From Bacilli bacterium (lineage in GTDB: Bacteria > Bacillota_I > Bacilli_A > ML615J-28 > CAG-313), in assembly GCA_045536365.1 (NCBI GenBank), contig JAZSNL010000030.1, forward strand, positions 91,748-155,747: 64,000 bases of DNA, in the 5' to 3' direction. Of this stretch, positions 1 to 8,560 are shown piece by piece. The position numbers and the translations under genes are program-made. The first letter of the stretch is position 1; each line of letters begins with the position of its first letter. The notes beneath the pieces are model-generated. The model was not told where the DNA came from. It did no database searches and was given only the letters and a program-made list of their open reading frames with translations.

Positions 1-2
1 CT

Positions 3-242
3 AAAAAGTATTTAGAAGAGCATAATTTTGGAAAGTATTTGTCACTAGGTGGTGATTTACCAACTTACTTGCATAACATAGACAAGCAAGCTGATGAGAT
101 TTATGAAGTAATGTATAAAAACCTATCAGCTAAATCTGAAAACAAAAAGACAGAAGATTTCTTAAAAAATGTGCAAATTGAGAATTCAATCCAAAAAGAA
201 ATTGAAGAAGTCATATTAAATGAATTAATATATGTAGAATAG
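3..242 (+). CDS. tnpV: TnpV-family transposon-encoded protein (5' partial)
   Basis: Frame is open from base 3: KKYLEEHNFGKYLSLGGDLPTYLHNIDKQADE...EEVILNELIYVE, matching the TnpV pattern YL.EH...Y..L..G.L..YL..ID.QA.E...E.V.NELIY. Confidence 0.7.
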   Translation, partial: KKYLEEHNFGKYLSLGGDLPTYLHNIDKQADEIYEVMYKNLSAKSENKKTEDFLKNVQIENSIQKEIEEVILNELIYVE

Positions 243-256
243 GAGAAATTTAAAAA

Positions 257-466
257 ATGGAAATCGCAGTAATAGATCAAGTAGATACTTTAGAAAAACT
301 ACACGAAATTAGATACAGACTAGGGAATGAATTTTGTTCACCACATGAAATGGACATATATTTATTAGCAGTAGAGATTGTAGATAAAGAAATAACTTCA
401 GTAATAGCTGAATTAAAAAAACTAGTTAATAAAGATGAAGGAGAAGAAAAAAATGAAAGTAATTAA
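257..466 (+). CDS. Hypothetical protein (mobile element)
   Basis: 69-aa ORF with RBS AGGAGA at 241-246. Confidence 0.55.
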   Translation: MEIAVIDQVDTLEKLHEIRYRLGNEFCSPHEMDIYLLAVEIVDKEITSVIAELKKLVNKDEGEEKNESN

Positions 467-569
467 AGCATTAGGATTTATAAGTAAAATTGGAATTATG
501 TGTTTAGCAATAGTTTGTAATATAATATTAAATTTAGCAGCATTATTTGTAAGTGCAATAGTAAAATAG
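453..569 (+). CDS. Small hydrophobic peptide, 38 aa (MKVIKALGFISKIGIMCLAIVCNIILNLAALFVSAIVK); not in the ORF track
   Basis: RBS AGGAGA at 439-444; start overlaps the previous ORF; next RBS follows the TAG stop. Confidence 0.5.
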   Translation: MKVIKALGFISKIGIMCLAIVCNIILNLAALFVSAIVK

Positions 570-581
570 GAGGAATAAGTT

Positions 582-815
582 ATGCCAAGAAAAGAAGATA
601 CACCACTAAGAAATGCTAGAAGAAGTTATGAAGAAAGAAATAAGGAAGAAAGATTAAAAGCTACTACTCAGTTTAATACTAGACTTCCAAAAGAAAAGTA
701 TGATGAGATAAATGAGTTTCTTGAAAAACATAATATTAGAAAAATTGATTTAATTTATGCAGGCTATGAAGCGTTAAAAGAAACTTGTCGCAATTTGTCG
801 AATAGCACTAAATAG
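582..815 (+). CDS. Small basic protein, possibly ribbon-helix-helix DNA-binding
   Basis: RBS GGAGG; FNTRLPKEKYDEINEFLEKHNIRKIDLI resembles the strand-helix-helix pattern of RHH proteins. Confidence 0.45.
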   Translation: MPRKEDTPLRNARRSYEERNKEERLKATTQFNTRLPKEKYDEINEFLEKHNIRKIDLIYAGYEALKETCRNLSNSTK

Positions 816-905
816 CTTGATTTAGGGGAGATGAAATCCCCTTTTATTGACCAATTATAGTTAAGGCTCTTGTAGAAGGCTACTATATGGAAGACATCAA
901 AAAGA

Positions 906-947
906 TGGAAACGTATAGTAGAATATACAAAAAAATATACGTTTCCA
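906..947. repeat. Perfect 12-bp inverted repeat TGGAAACGTATA / TATACGTTTCCA with 18-nt spacer
   Basis: Arms at 906-917 and 936-947; an extra AAACGTATA half-site at 966-974. Confidence 0.8.
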
Positions 948-967
948 CAACATTAAAGAGGAGGTAA

Positions 968-1312
968 ACGTATATTAGAAAAAGTAAAATAACTCAAATC
1001 GTAAGTAGTTATTTTAGTGAAAAAGAAGAAACAGAAGACAAAGTTATAGAAACAAAAGTAGAAGAAGTAATAGAAGAGAAACAATTATCTAGAAAAGAAC
1101 TACTTGAAATTTATTCAAAGAAGGTTTATGAAAATGAACCGATTGATCTAGACAAGTTATCAAAGGAAGATAGAAACTTATGTTATTATGCGATACAATT
1201 GGGATGGTTAAATTATCTAAAGGAAATAGATAAAATTACTCAAGTTGAATATGATAAAATAAAAAATTATCTAATGAATAAATTTAAGATTAAACCAAAA
1301 CTAAATTTATAA
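968..1312 (+). pseudogene. ORF with C-terminal SHOCT-like segment and no canonical start codon
   Basis: Open frame 968-1312 ending YYAIQLGWLNYLKEIDKITQVEYDKIKNYLMNKF..., similar to small genes found upstream of element recombinases. Preceded by GGAGGT (960-965) and an in-frame TAA (965-967); only ACG/ATT candidate starts. Confidence 0.5.
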
Positions 1313-1357
1313 AGAAGGGAGAGTATAATATTTAACTATATTATACAAGTTTAAAAT

Positions 1358-3157
1358 ATGAATAATAATGTTAAAGTAATTAAGGCAAGTGTTGCACCTA
1401 GAGATAGAAGAAAAATAAATCAACTAGGTGAATTGAGAGTAGGAGCATATTGTAGAGTATCTACTGATACTGAAGACCAATTAAATAGTTATAATTCTCA
1501 AGTTAAATATTATACTGACCTTATTAATAGTAAAGAAGAATGGACTTTAGTCGATATTTATGCAGATGAGGGAATTACTGGAACGCAAGTTGGAAAAAGA
1601 GAAAGCTTTCAAAGAATGATTAATGATTGTGCTGAAGGTAAAATTGATATGATTATTACTAAATCAATATCAAGATTTGCAAGAAACACAGTTGATACAT
1701 TACAATTTGTTAGAAAGTTAAAAGAAAGAAATATTGCAGTATTTTTTGAAGAAGAAAATATAAATACATTAAGTATGGATGGAGAGTTATTACTTACTAT
1801 TTTAAGTTCAGTCGCACAACAAGAAGTAGAAAATATTTCTGCAAATGTTAAAAAAGGTTTAAAGATGAAAATGCAACGAGGAGAAATGATAGGTTTCAAA
1901 GGTTGTTTAGGTTATGATTATGATCCAGTTACAAAAAATTTAATAATAAATGAAAAGGAAGCTGAAGTTGTTAGATTTATATTTGATAAATATATTGAAG
2001 GATATGGTTCTTTTACAATTTCAAGATTATTAAAAGAAAAAGGATATTCATCTAAAGGTGGATGCAAAAATTGGCCTGTATCTACAATTATTACAATATT
2101 AAAAAATGAAAAATATAAAGGGGATTTATTATTAGGAAAATCTTTTACATCAGATCCAATTAATAAAAAGAAAGTGATTAATAATGGTGAAGAAGATAAA
2201 TATTATATTAGTAATCATCATGAACCAATTATTAGTGCAGAAACTTTTGATATGGCACAACAAATAATGAGTAAAAATAGTGAATCATTTAAAAGTTCTT
2301 TAAAGACAGATGGATTTAGACCTGCAAAGTATACATTTAGTCAAAAGATATATTGTGCATATTGCGGTCATAGATTTCAAAGAAGAGGAATTAATGAAAG
2401 ATGTCATAATAATTTAGTTGGTTGGAATTGTACAACTGCAGTGAACAAAGGTAAAAAAGCATGTATTGAAAGTAGATTTGTAGAGCAATCAATTATAGAA
2501 AGTGGATTCATTGATGCTTTGAATAAAATTAAAAAGACTGGTATATTAGATGATTTTGTTTATAATTTAAAGACTATGTTAAATGATAAATCTCCAGAGA
2601 GAAAAGCTGATGAATTGGTAAAAGAAATAAATGTATTAGAAAATAAAAAAAGACAATTACTTGAAATTAGACTTGAAGGTATTATAACTAAGGAAGATTT
2701 TGAAATACAATATAAATCCATAAGTGAAAAAATAAAAACTAAAAATGAACAATTATCAAAAGTCAATTCAGAGATTACTAATAAAGATGTAATTGCTATT
2801 AGGATAGAAGATTTAAGAAAAATTATATCAATTAAAACGATTGAAAGATTTGATAGTGATACATTTGAATTACTAATAGATAAAATAATTGTTGGTGGAT
2901 ATGATGAAAAAGGTAAACCAGATCCTTACTTACTAGAATATAAGTTTAAACTAAATTATAATTATAAAATCAATGGTCAAGCAATTAAAAAAAAATACAC
3001 AGTGTGTCAAAATGAGTCGAATGATTTAGGTGCTATGACTACTTTTTGTCAGTTACGTACAACTCAGGTGCGTCGAAACATTGAGTTACATAGCACTGAC
3101 ACATTTTCTGAAATCGATAAGTCTTCTAGTAAGGCTTATTTTTTTTGCATTTTATAG
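1358..3157 (+). CDS. Large serine recombinase (resolvase + recombinase + Zn-ribbon/coiled-coil)
   Basis: AYCRVST catalytic motif, IITKSISRFARNTVD, GYDYD recombinase domain, HEPIISAETF, CAYCG...C...C zinc ribbon. Confidence 0.95.
   Translation: MNNNVKVIKASVAPRDRRKINQLGELRVGAYCRVSTDTEDQLNSYNSQVKYYTDLINSKEEWTLVDIYADEGITGTQVGKRESFQRMINDCAEGKIDMIITKSISRFARNTVDTLQFVRKLKERNIAVFFEEENINTLSMDGELLLTILSSVAQQEVENISANVKKGLKMKMQRGEMIGFKGCLGYDYDPVTKNLIINEKEAEVVRFIFDKYIEGYGSFTISRLLKEKGYSSKGGCKNWPVSTIITILKNEKYKGDLLLGKSFTSDPINKKKVINNGEEDKYYISNHHEPIISAETFDMAQQIMSKNSESFKSSLKTDGFRPAKYTFSQKIYCAYCGHRFQRRGINERCHNNLVGWNCTTAVNKGKKACIESRFVEQSIIESGFIDALNKIKKTGILDDFVYNLKTMLNDKSPERKADELVKEINVLENKKRQLLEIRLEGIITKEDFEIQYKSISEKIKTKNEQLSKVNSEITNKDVIAIRIEDLRKIISIKTIERFDSDTFELLIDKIIVGGYDEKGKPDPYLLEYKFKLNYNYKINGQAIKKKYTVCQNESNDLGAMTTFCQLRTTQVRRNIELHSTDTFSEIDKSSSKAYFFCIL
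3089..3103 (+). other. Predicted attR half-site; ACA core at 3101-3103 inside the recombinase coding sequence
   Basis: Encodes HSTDT in the recombinase frame; 14/15 identical to 17930-17944. Confidence 0.6.
3118..3146 (+). terminator. Rho-independent terminator just outside attR
   Basis: TAAGTCTT-ctagt-AAGGCTTA followed by a T8 run. Confidence 0.55.
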
Positions 3158-3418
3158 GGTATTTTAGCTAGTTTTAGTTAGAATACCTTATTTTTTCATT
3201 CATTTATGAAACATTTAGATTTAAAGACTAGGTGAGACTGACCACGGACTCGAACCATTTACTTACGGGTATCGAACATTTAGTTCTGATGGGACTCGAA
3301 CCTATAAGAGATAATGGTGGAATAATAAACAAAAATGTGATAAAATATTTTTATAGTTGAAGAAAAAACAGCATAAATTTTGTCTTATTATATGAAGAGA
3401 TATTTATAGGAGTACTTT

Positions 3419-3940
3419 ATGGACTATAATGATAAACTTAAAAAATTTATTAAAGAGAATAACAAAGCTAAAATAGACGATCTATTTGAAGAGATTTATT
3501 ATTCATATAGGAAGTTAGTGAGTTTTATTATTGCTAAATATGTAAATAACCATATGGATGTTGAGGACTTAACTAGTGATGTTTTTATTAACTTTTATAA
3601 GAAAATTCATGTCAGTGAAATTAATAATATAAAGTATTATTTAGTCACATCAGCTAAGAATTTAGCAATCAATTATTTAAATAAAAAAGAAATATATATA
3701 GAATTTGATGATAATTTTGTTTATGAATGTGAACAATATAATGGTGGATTAGATAAATATTATGAGTTAATAGATTATTTAAAAACGCTTGTTTCTGAAT
3801 TTGAACTCGAAATTATATTGAAACACTTAGTTTATGATTATACTTTTAAGGATTTATCAACGCTTTACGACAAACCTTTAAAGTCAATATACTCTATATA
3901 TTCTCGTGCAATAAAAAAAATAAAAAAAGGAGTAAAGTAA
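3419..3940 (+). CDS. ECF RNA polymerase sigma factor
   Basis: DVEDLTSDVFINFY (region 2), YLVTSAKNLAINYL, and a region 4 HTH (YTFKDLS...KSIYSIYSRAIKKIK). Confidence 0.9.
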   Translation: MDYNDKLKKFIKENNKAKIDDLFEEIYYSYRKLVSFIIAKYVNNHMDVEDLTSDVFINFYKKIHVSEINNIKYYLVTSAKNLAINYLNKKEIYIEFDDNFVYECEQYNGGLDKYYELIDYLKTLVSEFELEIILKHLVYDYTFKDLSTLYDKPLKSIYSIYSRAIKKIKKGVK

Positions 3941-3941
3941 T

Positions 3942-5423
3942 ATGTCAAGAAAAAAAGATATCAATAAAATACTTTCTAATTTCGAATTTGATTACAATAA
4001 TGATTTTGACGATATAAAAAAAGAACTACATATTTCTAATAATAATCAACCTAGAAAAACACATAGTTTTAAATATGCTTATTCAATTTTAATGACTGTT
4101 TTAGTTATTGCATTATCAATAGTTGTTATTAATATGAATGGCAAAAATGAAATGAATCAAAAGTATAATTTAGAAGTTATAGATAATTTTAATTATATTA
4201 TAGATCCTTTACAAGAGACATATGTCGCAGGAGAAGAAGTAACAGTGACATTAAAGACAACATTACCTGAAATAAATGGTATTAGATTAAATAATGTAGA
4301 TTATTATAGTGAATATGATAATTCTAAAAATCAAAGTATTGTTAAATTTAACATGCCTAATAAAGATTCTAAACTATATACTATTTCTAATGAATACATA
4401 GATAAAGCTTGTAATAATGAAAATCATGAATGGATTGAAGAAGACGAGTTATATGAAATTAAAAGTTTAGGTATAACAGAAAAATGCTTCATTTGTTCTA
4501 AGTGTGGAGAAAAGAAAAGTATACCATTTGAATTAAATTCTTATAATGCTACAGTTTTGGTTGAGTCAATTAATGTTAAGATAGACGACAATACTAAAAA
4601 TGAGTTTAAGGTTATTAAATCAATGGCTGAAGCCAATTCTTTTATAGAAAATATTAATAAATATAATGATAAAAAAATCGAATGTCCAAGCTATATTAAT
4701 GATGAGTATTTCCAAGAATACTATTTATATATTAATTACCAATTAGCTCAAGATCCCTATAGAGAAAATACTTATTATAAAGTAAATGAGGACAATTCAT
4801 TAGAACTTTATTTGATTAAAGATTTTCCAAACAAATATTTATTATCTGAATTTAATTTTGATGAATATCAATTAGGTATAAAGCCTACCTTAGTATCTAT
4901 AGTTAAAGTTAAAAAAGAAATACTTGATTCAACTGATAATATATTTGTAAAAACAATAATTAATTTATCAATTGAAATTCTTGATATTCATCCAATCATT
5001 GGATTTATACCAAAGTCAAATTTTCAAATTAATACTAATAATTTTATTTGTGATAATAAAATTTCTTTTACATCTAATATTATTAGATCTGTAGAAGAAT
5101 TAAATATATTTAAACAATACTTTGATATTCCAGATGAAGCTTATACTAAATATGATGAGGAATATTTTAAAACTAATTCGTTAGTGGTTTTCAAGGATAT
5201 AATAAAAAAACAGTTATATCAGTATGCTATGGATATAGTTAATTTCGAGATCTCAAATGGAAAAATTTATTTTTACTACAAAAAAACAGTTAAATACAAC
5301 CTTAGTAATTCAGATGTTTCAGAAGAAAATATATACTTATATAAGTTGATTGAAGTGCCGAATAATACTTTACAAGAAAAAGAAAACGTAGAGTTTGTTG
5401 AAATAGTCTCTTTATTTGATTAA
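3942..5423 (+). CDS. Putative anti-sigma factor (single TM, large extracellular region)
   Basis: Starts 1 nt after the ECF stop; short N-terminal cytoplasmic part, TM YAYSILMTVLVIALSIVVI, Cys/His cluster, two Y..EYF repeats. Confidence 0.7.
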   Translation: MSRKKDINKILSNFEFDYNNDFDDIKKELHISNNNQPRKTHSFKYAYSILMTVLVIALSIVVINMNGKNEMNQKYNLEVIDNFNYIIDPLQETYVAGEEVTVTLKTTLPEINGIRLNNVDYYSEYDNSKNQSIVKFNMPNKDSKLYTISNEYIDKACNNENHEWIEEDELYEIKSLGITEKCFICSKCGEKKSIPFELNSYNATVLVESINVKIDDNTKNEFKVIKSMAEANSFIENINKYNDKKIECPSYINDEYFQEYYLYINYQLAQDPYRENTYYKVNEDNSLELYLIKDFPNKYLLSEFNFDEYQLGIKPTLVSIVKVKKEILDSTDNIFVKTIINLSIEILDIHPIIGFIPKSNFQINTNNFICDNKISFTSNIIRSVEELNIFKQYFDIPDEAYTKYDEEYFKTNSLVVFKDIIKKQLYQYAMDIVNFEISNGKIYFYYKKTVKYNLSNSDVSEENIYLYKLIEVPNNTLQEKENVEFVEIVSLFD

Positions 5424-5435
5424 TTTATAAAAAAA

Positions 5436-5470
5436 TGTCACCTTTTACTATTTTAAATTGTTTTATATAT
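5436..5470 (+). promoter_or_regulatory. Candidate ECF-type promoter, copy 1 (TGTCAC-N-TTGTTTTATATAT)
   Basis: 32/35 identical to 6914-6948; both copies lie upstream of lipoprotein genes. Confidence 0.6.
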
Positions 5471-5606
5471 ATAAGATTAAAAGTTCTCTTATAAAGAGAT
5501 GGTATTCTAGTGCAGATTTTATAATTATGTATTATAATATAAATAAGTAAAATAGTTCCAAAAAAATTTACTTTTATTTGTTATATTAATAGGAGGTATA
5601 ATTTAT

Positions 5607-6821
5607 ATGAAGAAAATATTAGTTAGTATGCTTTTATTAGTATTCGGATTATGTTTAGTAGGGTGTGCTCTTGTAGAAAGCAAAACATTTACTATAGCCT
5701 TAAGAGATGGTTTATATTCTGGACAATATAACGATATTTATGATATATATATTGAATTTGATAATATTTCCATAAATGAATTTGTTAAAACACAAACAGG
5801 AAACTGTATGAAAGATTTATATACTAAAGATGAAAAATATTATACACCATACGATGTACACATTATAATTACGTCTGCTGCTTATAATGAAAAAATATAT
5901 AATACAAGAATTAGATTTAAGGATATGGTTGCAATTAATAATCAAACTACAACAACGTATAAGCTTTCAAATATTACTGATGATGGTTCGTATGATATAT
6001 CCAAATTTAATATAGAATTAGTGGATACTGACAATGATTTAGTTGCAGATAAGTTGAATTTAGATATTGAAAGTAAGTTTATTAATGGGGAATGTGAATT
6101 AGTTTATCATCCAGAAAGCGGATCAGAAGATTTACACAGTATTCAAATGGTAAATTATTCTTTAACATATGATGAGAATTTGGTTGTAGAAGTTGGACAT
6201 TATGAAAACTCAAAAACTGTTATTGCAGGATATAAACTTGTATTTTATGTTAAATCATCAAGTATTGATAAGGAAGTACTAATGTATATTAATAATGAAC
6301 AAGTTGGGCATCCTCAAATATCAATATTTCACGGTGATGAGTGGTACGAGTATGAATATATAATTGGGTATAGTAATGTTGATATAAGATTTGAAGAAGT
6401 GCCAATATTTCATGAACATGAATACATTGATGGTTTATGTGAATGTGGTGAATTCGATAGTGTTTGGTTACATGAAAACTTTAGATTATCAGATGAACAA
6501 ATATTATTTAAAGGTAGTGTTGATGACGAATTCAATTGTAATGTCATTCTATTAACTTTAAAGCATACAACAACATATATTGAATTATCAAAAAGACATT
6601 TTAAATTAGATGAAATAACTGAAGTAGTATATATAAGTTCAACTCCCCCAAGTCATTTCTATGAACCTGGTAATGAAGACAAGTTAAATAATTTTCATCA
6701 AATTGTATTTTTATATGTTGATGTTGAAACAAAAGAAGAGATTATTGAATTAATAATAGAATTAGAGAAATTACCATTTGTTGAAAGCGTAGGCCCTAAT
6801 TCTATTGAACATGGAGAATAA
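5607..6821 (+). CDS. Lipoprotein of unknown function
   Basis: Lipobox LCLVG-C; HEHEYIDGLCECG module; RBS AGGAGG. Confidence 0.75.
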   Translation: MKKILVSMLLLVFGLCLVGCALVESKTFTIALRDGLYSGQYNDIYDIYIEFDNISINEFVKTQTGNCMKDLYTKDEKYYTPYDVHIIITSAAYNEKIYNTRIRFKDMVAINNQTTTTYKLSNITDDGSYDISKFNIELVDTDNDLVADKLNLDIESKFINGECELVYHPESGSEDLHSIQMVNYSLTYDENLVVEVGHYENSKTVIAGYKLVFYVKSSSIDKEVLMYINNEQVGHPQISIFHGDEWYEYEYIIGYSNVDIRFEEVPIFHEHEYIDGLCECGEFDSVWLHENFRLSDEQILFKGSVDDEFNCNVILLTLKHTTTYIELSKRHFKLDEITEVVYISSTPPSHFYEPGNEDKLNNFHQIVFLYVDVETKEEIIELIIELEKLPFVESVGPNSIEHGE

Positions 6822-6827
6822 CCAATC

Positions 6828-6861
6828 AAGCTAGCTAACTCAAAAAGTTAGCTGGCTTTTT
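6828..6861 (+). terminator. Rho-independent terminator
   Basis: AAGCTAGCTAACT / AGTTAGCTGGCTT hairpin followed by Ts. Confidence 0.75.
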
Positions 6862-6913
6862 AAATAGTAGAAATAAATGAAGAAATGTGGTACAATTAAA
6901 ATATAAAATTTTT

Positions 6914-6948
6914 TGTCACTTTTTACTAAGTTAAATTGTTTTATATAT
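6914..6948 (+). promoter_or_regulatory. Candidate ECF-type promoter, copy 2
   Basis: 32/35 identical to 5436-5470. Confidence 0.6.
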
Positions 6949-7004
6949 GAAAGGTTCAAAAAAATTTTATAGTTATTTGTTATATAGATAGGAGGTAAAC
7001 TTTA

Positions 7005-7778
7005 ATGAAAAAAATATTATTAATGATATTAGCATTTTGTTCTTTATTAATTTTAAGCGGATGTTTTTTATATGGAGAAAAAGAAGAAACTACTGTTGGA
7101 GACCTAGTATATTTACATGTTAAGACTAACAGTGATGAATATTATAGTGTTATTGGTTTAAGTGAAGAAGGAAAATTAAAAAGTAGAATTACTGTTCCAG
7201 CAGAAGTTAATGGACTTTCAGTAAAGAAAATAGGATTTTTGAGGTCTAAAACTCGTGTCGGATCAATAACAAGTGATAAACTTGAGATAATATATTTGGA
7301 AAAATATATAGAATTTGCCCATACTGATTTTTTTATAGATTGTCCAAATCTTGAAAAAATTATTTGTTTAGAATTTGAAGATAAATTTGAAGAATTTTAT
7401 GATTATCGAGAGCAATATGTTAAATATAATCTAAATACAGAAAATGAGCAAATAAGACGTTTACCTATATATGTTTATCCATCAAAAGATTTTGTAGAAG
7501 ATAGTCAAGATAATTTATACGTCTACGCCAATATTATATATTACAATGATAATAATGCAGTTTATTATATAGATTATAGTGCTAGTAATAAAATAGAAAA
7601 ATTACCCGAAGAACCTGTACGTGAAGGATATAAATTTTTGGGATGGTATAAAGAACCAGATTGTATTAATGAATGGAATTTTGCTGAAGACAATTTAAAT
7701 GAGATTATCAATTTAGAATATTCAGTTCAATTTAATGTGAATAAACTATATGCAAAATGGGAGGAAGTCGCTGATTAA
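7005..7778 (+). CDS. Lipoprotein with C-terminal InlB B-repeat (Listeria-Bacteroides repeat)
   Basis: Lipobox LILSG-C; PEEPVREGYKFLGWY...KLYAKW. Confidence 0.8.
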   Translation: MKKILLMILAFCSLLILSGCFLYGEKEETTVGDLVYLHVKTNSDEYYSVIGLSEEGKLKSRITVPAEVNGLSVKKIGFLRSKTRVGSITSDKLEIIYLEKYIEFAHTDFFIDCPNLEKIICLEFEDKFEEFYDYREQYVKYNLNTENEQIRRLPIYVYPSKDFVEDSQDNLYVYANIIYYNDNNAVYYIDYSASNKIEKLPEEPVREGYKFLGWYKEPDCINEWNFAEDNLNEIINLEYSVQFNVNKLYAKWEEVAD

Positions 7779-8001
7779 AGGATTTAAAAAATATTTTATT
7801 GGTATTATATTTATCTTCGTTTTAACCTTAATAATAGGGAATTTTGAAGTTAAAGCTTCGTCCCAGATTTGGGTAAATTATAAATATTCAGACACTGATT
7901 TATATGATTTAACAAATACATATAATTATGATAAAATAACAATAGAGGAATTATACGCAAAGGAAAATGGTGAATTAGCAACTAGGGATTATAACTCATA
8001 G
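7750..8001 (+). pseudogene. Truncated secreted/membrane protein
   Basis: Signal-like hydrophobic stretch ending VKA-S, then an early stop with coding-like sequence continuing out of frame. Confidence 0.4.
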
Positions 8002-8099
8002 TATTTTAATATGAGTCAAAAAATAATGAAGTTGTTACTACAAGTCAACTCACAGAAATCAAACAATCAAAAATTAGATTAAAATGGCCCATTTAAACA

Positions 8100-8176
8100 A
8101 AAAAGTGCGAAATATGTTGAAAACTCCCTATAAAAAAGTGCACATTTTACTTGAAACTCGATATAAAAAGTGTATA
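8100..8176 (+). repeat. Three direct repeats AAAAAGTG at 32-33 bp pitch
   Basis: AGTG cores at 8104, 8137 and 8169. Confidence 0.65.
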
Positions 8177-8197
8177 AAATAATCAGAGGTGAGATTT

Positions 8198-8305
8198 ACG
8201 TTTGAAAGAAAAATTTATAATGACATTATTTCTTGGCATGAATCTTTAAAAATTAAAAAAAGAACTCTAATCATAAAAGGTGAATATCCAAAATATTACT
8301 TGTAA
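8198..8305 (+). pseudogene. N-terminal relic of an AAA_14/DUF4143-type ATPase
   Basis: RBS GAGGTGA, then ACG (probable mutated ATG) and FERKIYNDIISWHESLKIKKRTLIIKG; breaks exactly where the Walker A GARQVGKT would start. Confidence 0.6.
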
Positions 8306-8560
8306 AAAATAGCTGCTAATGAGAACATTAATTTGTTTAAATTAACAGCTTTTATTTTATTTGTTATCCAGGAGCACACATTCCCCCTTTTGTTATATTA
8401 CCTGACTTTTTTTATATGTCCGAAACATAGGGGGTATTTTAATAAATGTTAGCTGACTTTTTATGTAGCAAATATTTTCAAAAAAGATTATAATATTATT
8501 ATAAAATTGTGGGAACCTTTTTATAACTTTTGCAACTATATAAGTGAAGAGGTAAAAAGT

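Larger units (their letters stand above)
1..3103 (+). mobile_element. Right-hand part of an integrative element (IME/ICE or Tn4451-like) encoding a large serine recombinase; left end lies outside the window
   Basis: TnpV-like gene, small ORFs and a SHOCT-like ORF precede a large serine recombinase. An att-like sequence CATAGCACTGACACA at 3089-3103 matches the right end of the mini-element at 17930-17944 (14/15). Confidence 0.75.

Noticed and set aside
1609-2766. Antisense ORFs 1609-1899 and 2560-2766
   Set aside because: Shadows of the recombinase gene; no RBS and no recognisable motifs.
3231-3302. Intact tRNA gene on the minus strand
   Set aside because: Only T-arm-like words are present; no D-arm, anticodon arm or acceptor stem can be built.
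8320-8470. Short repeats TGTTAGCTGAC/TTACCTGAC plus T-runs upstream of the extended ECF gene
   Set aside because: Too degenerate and AT-rich to support a defined element.
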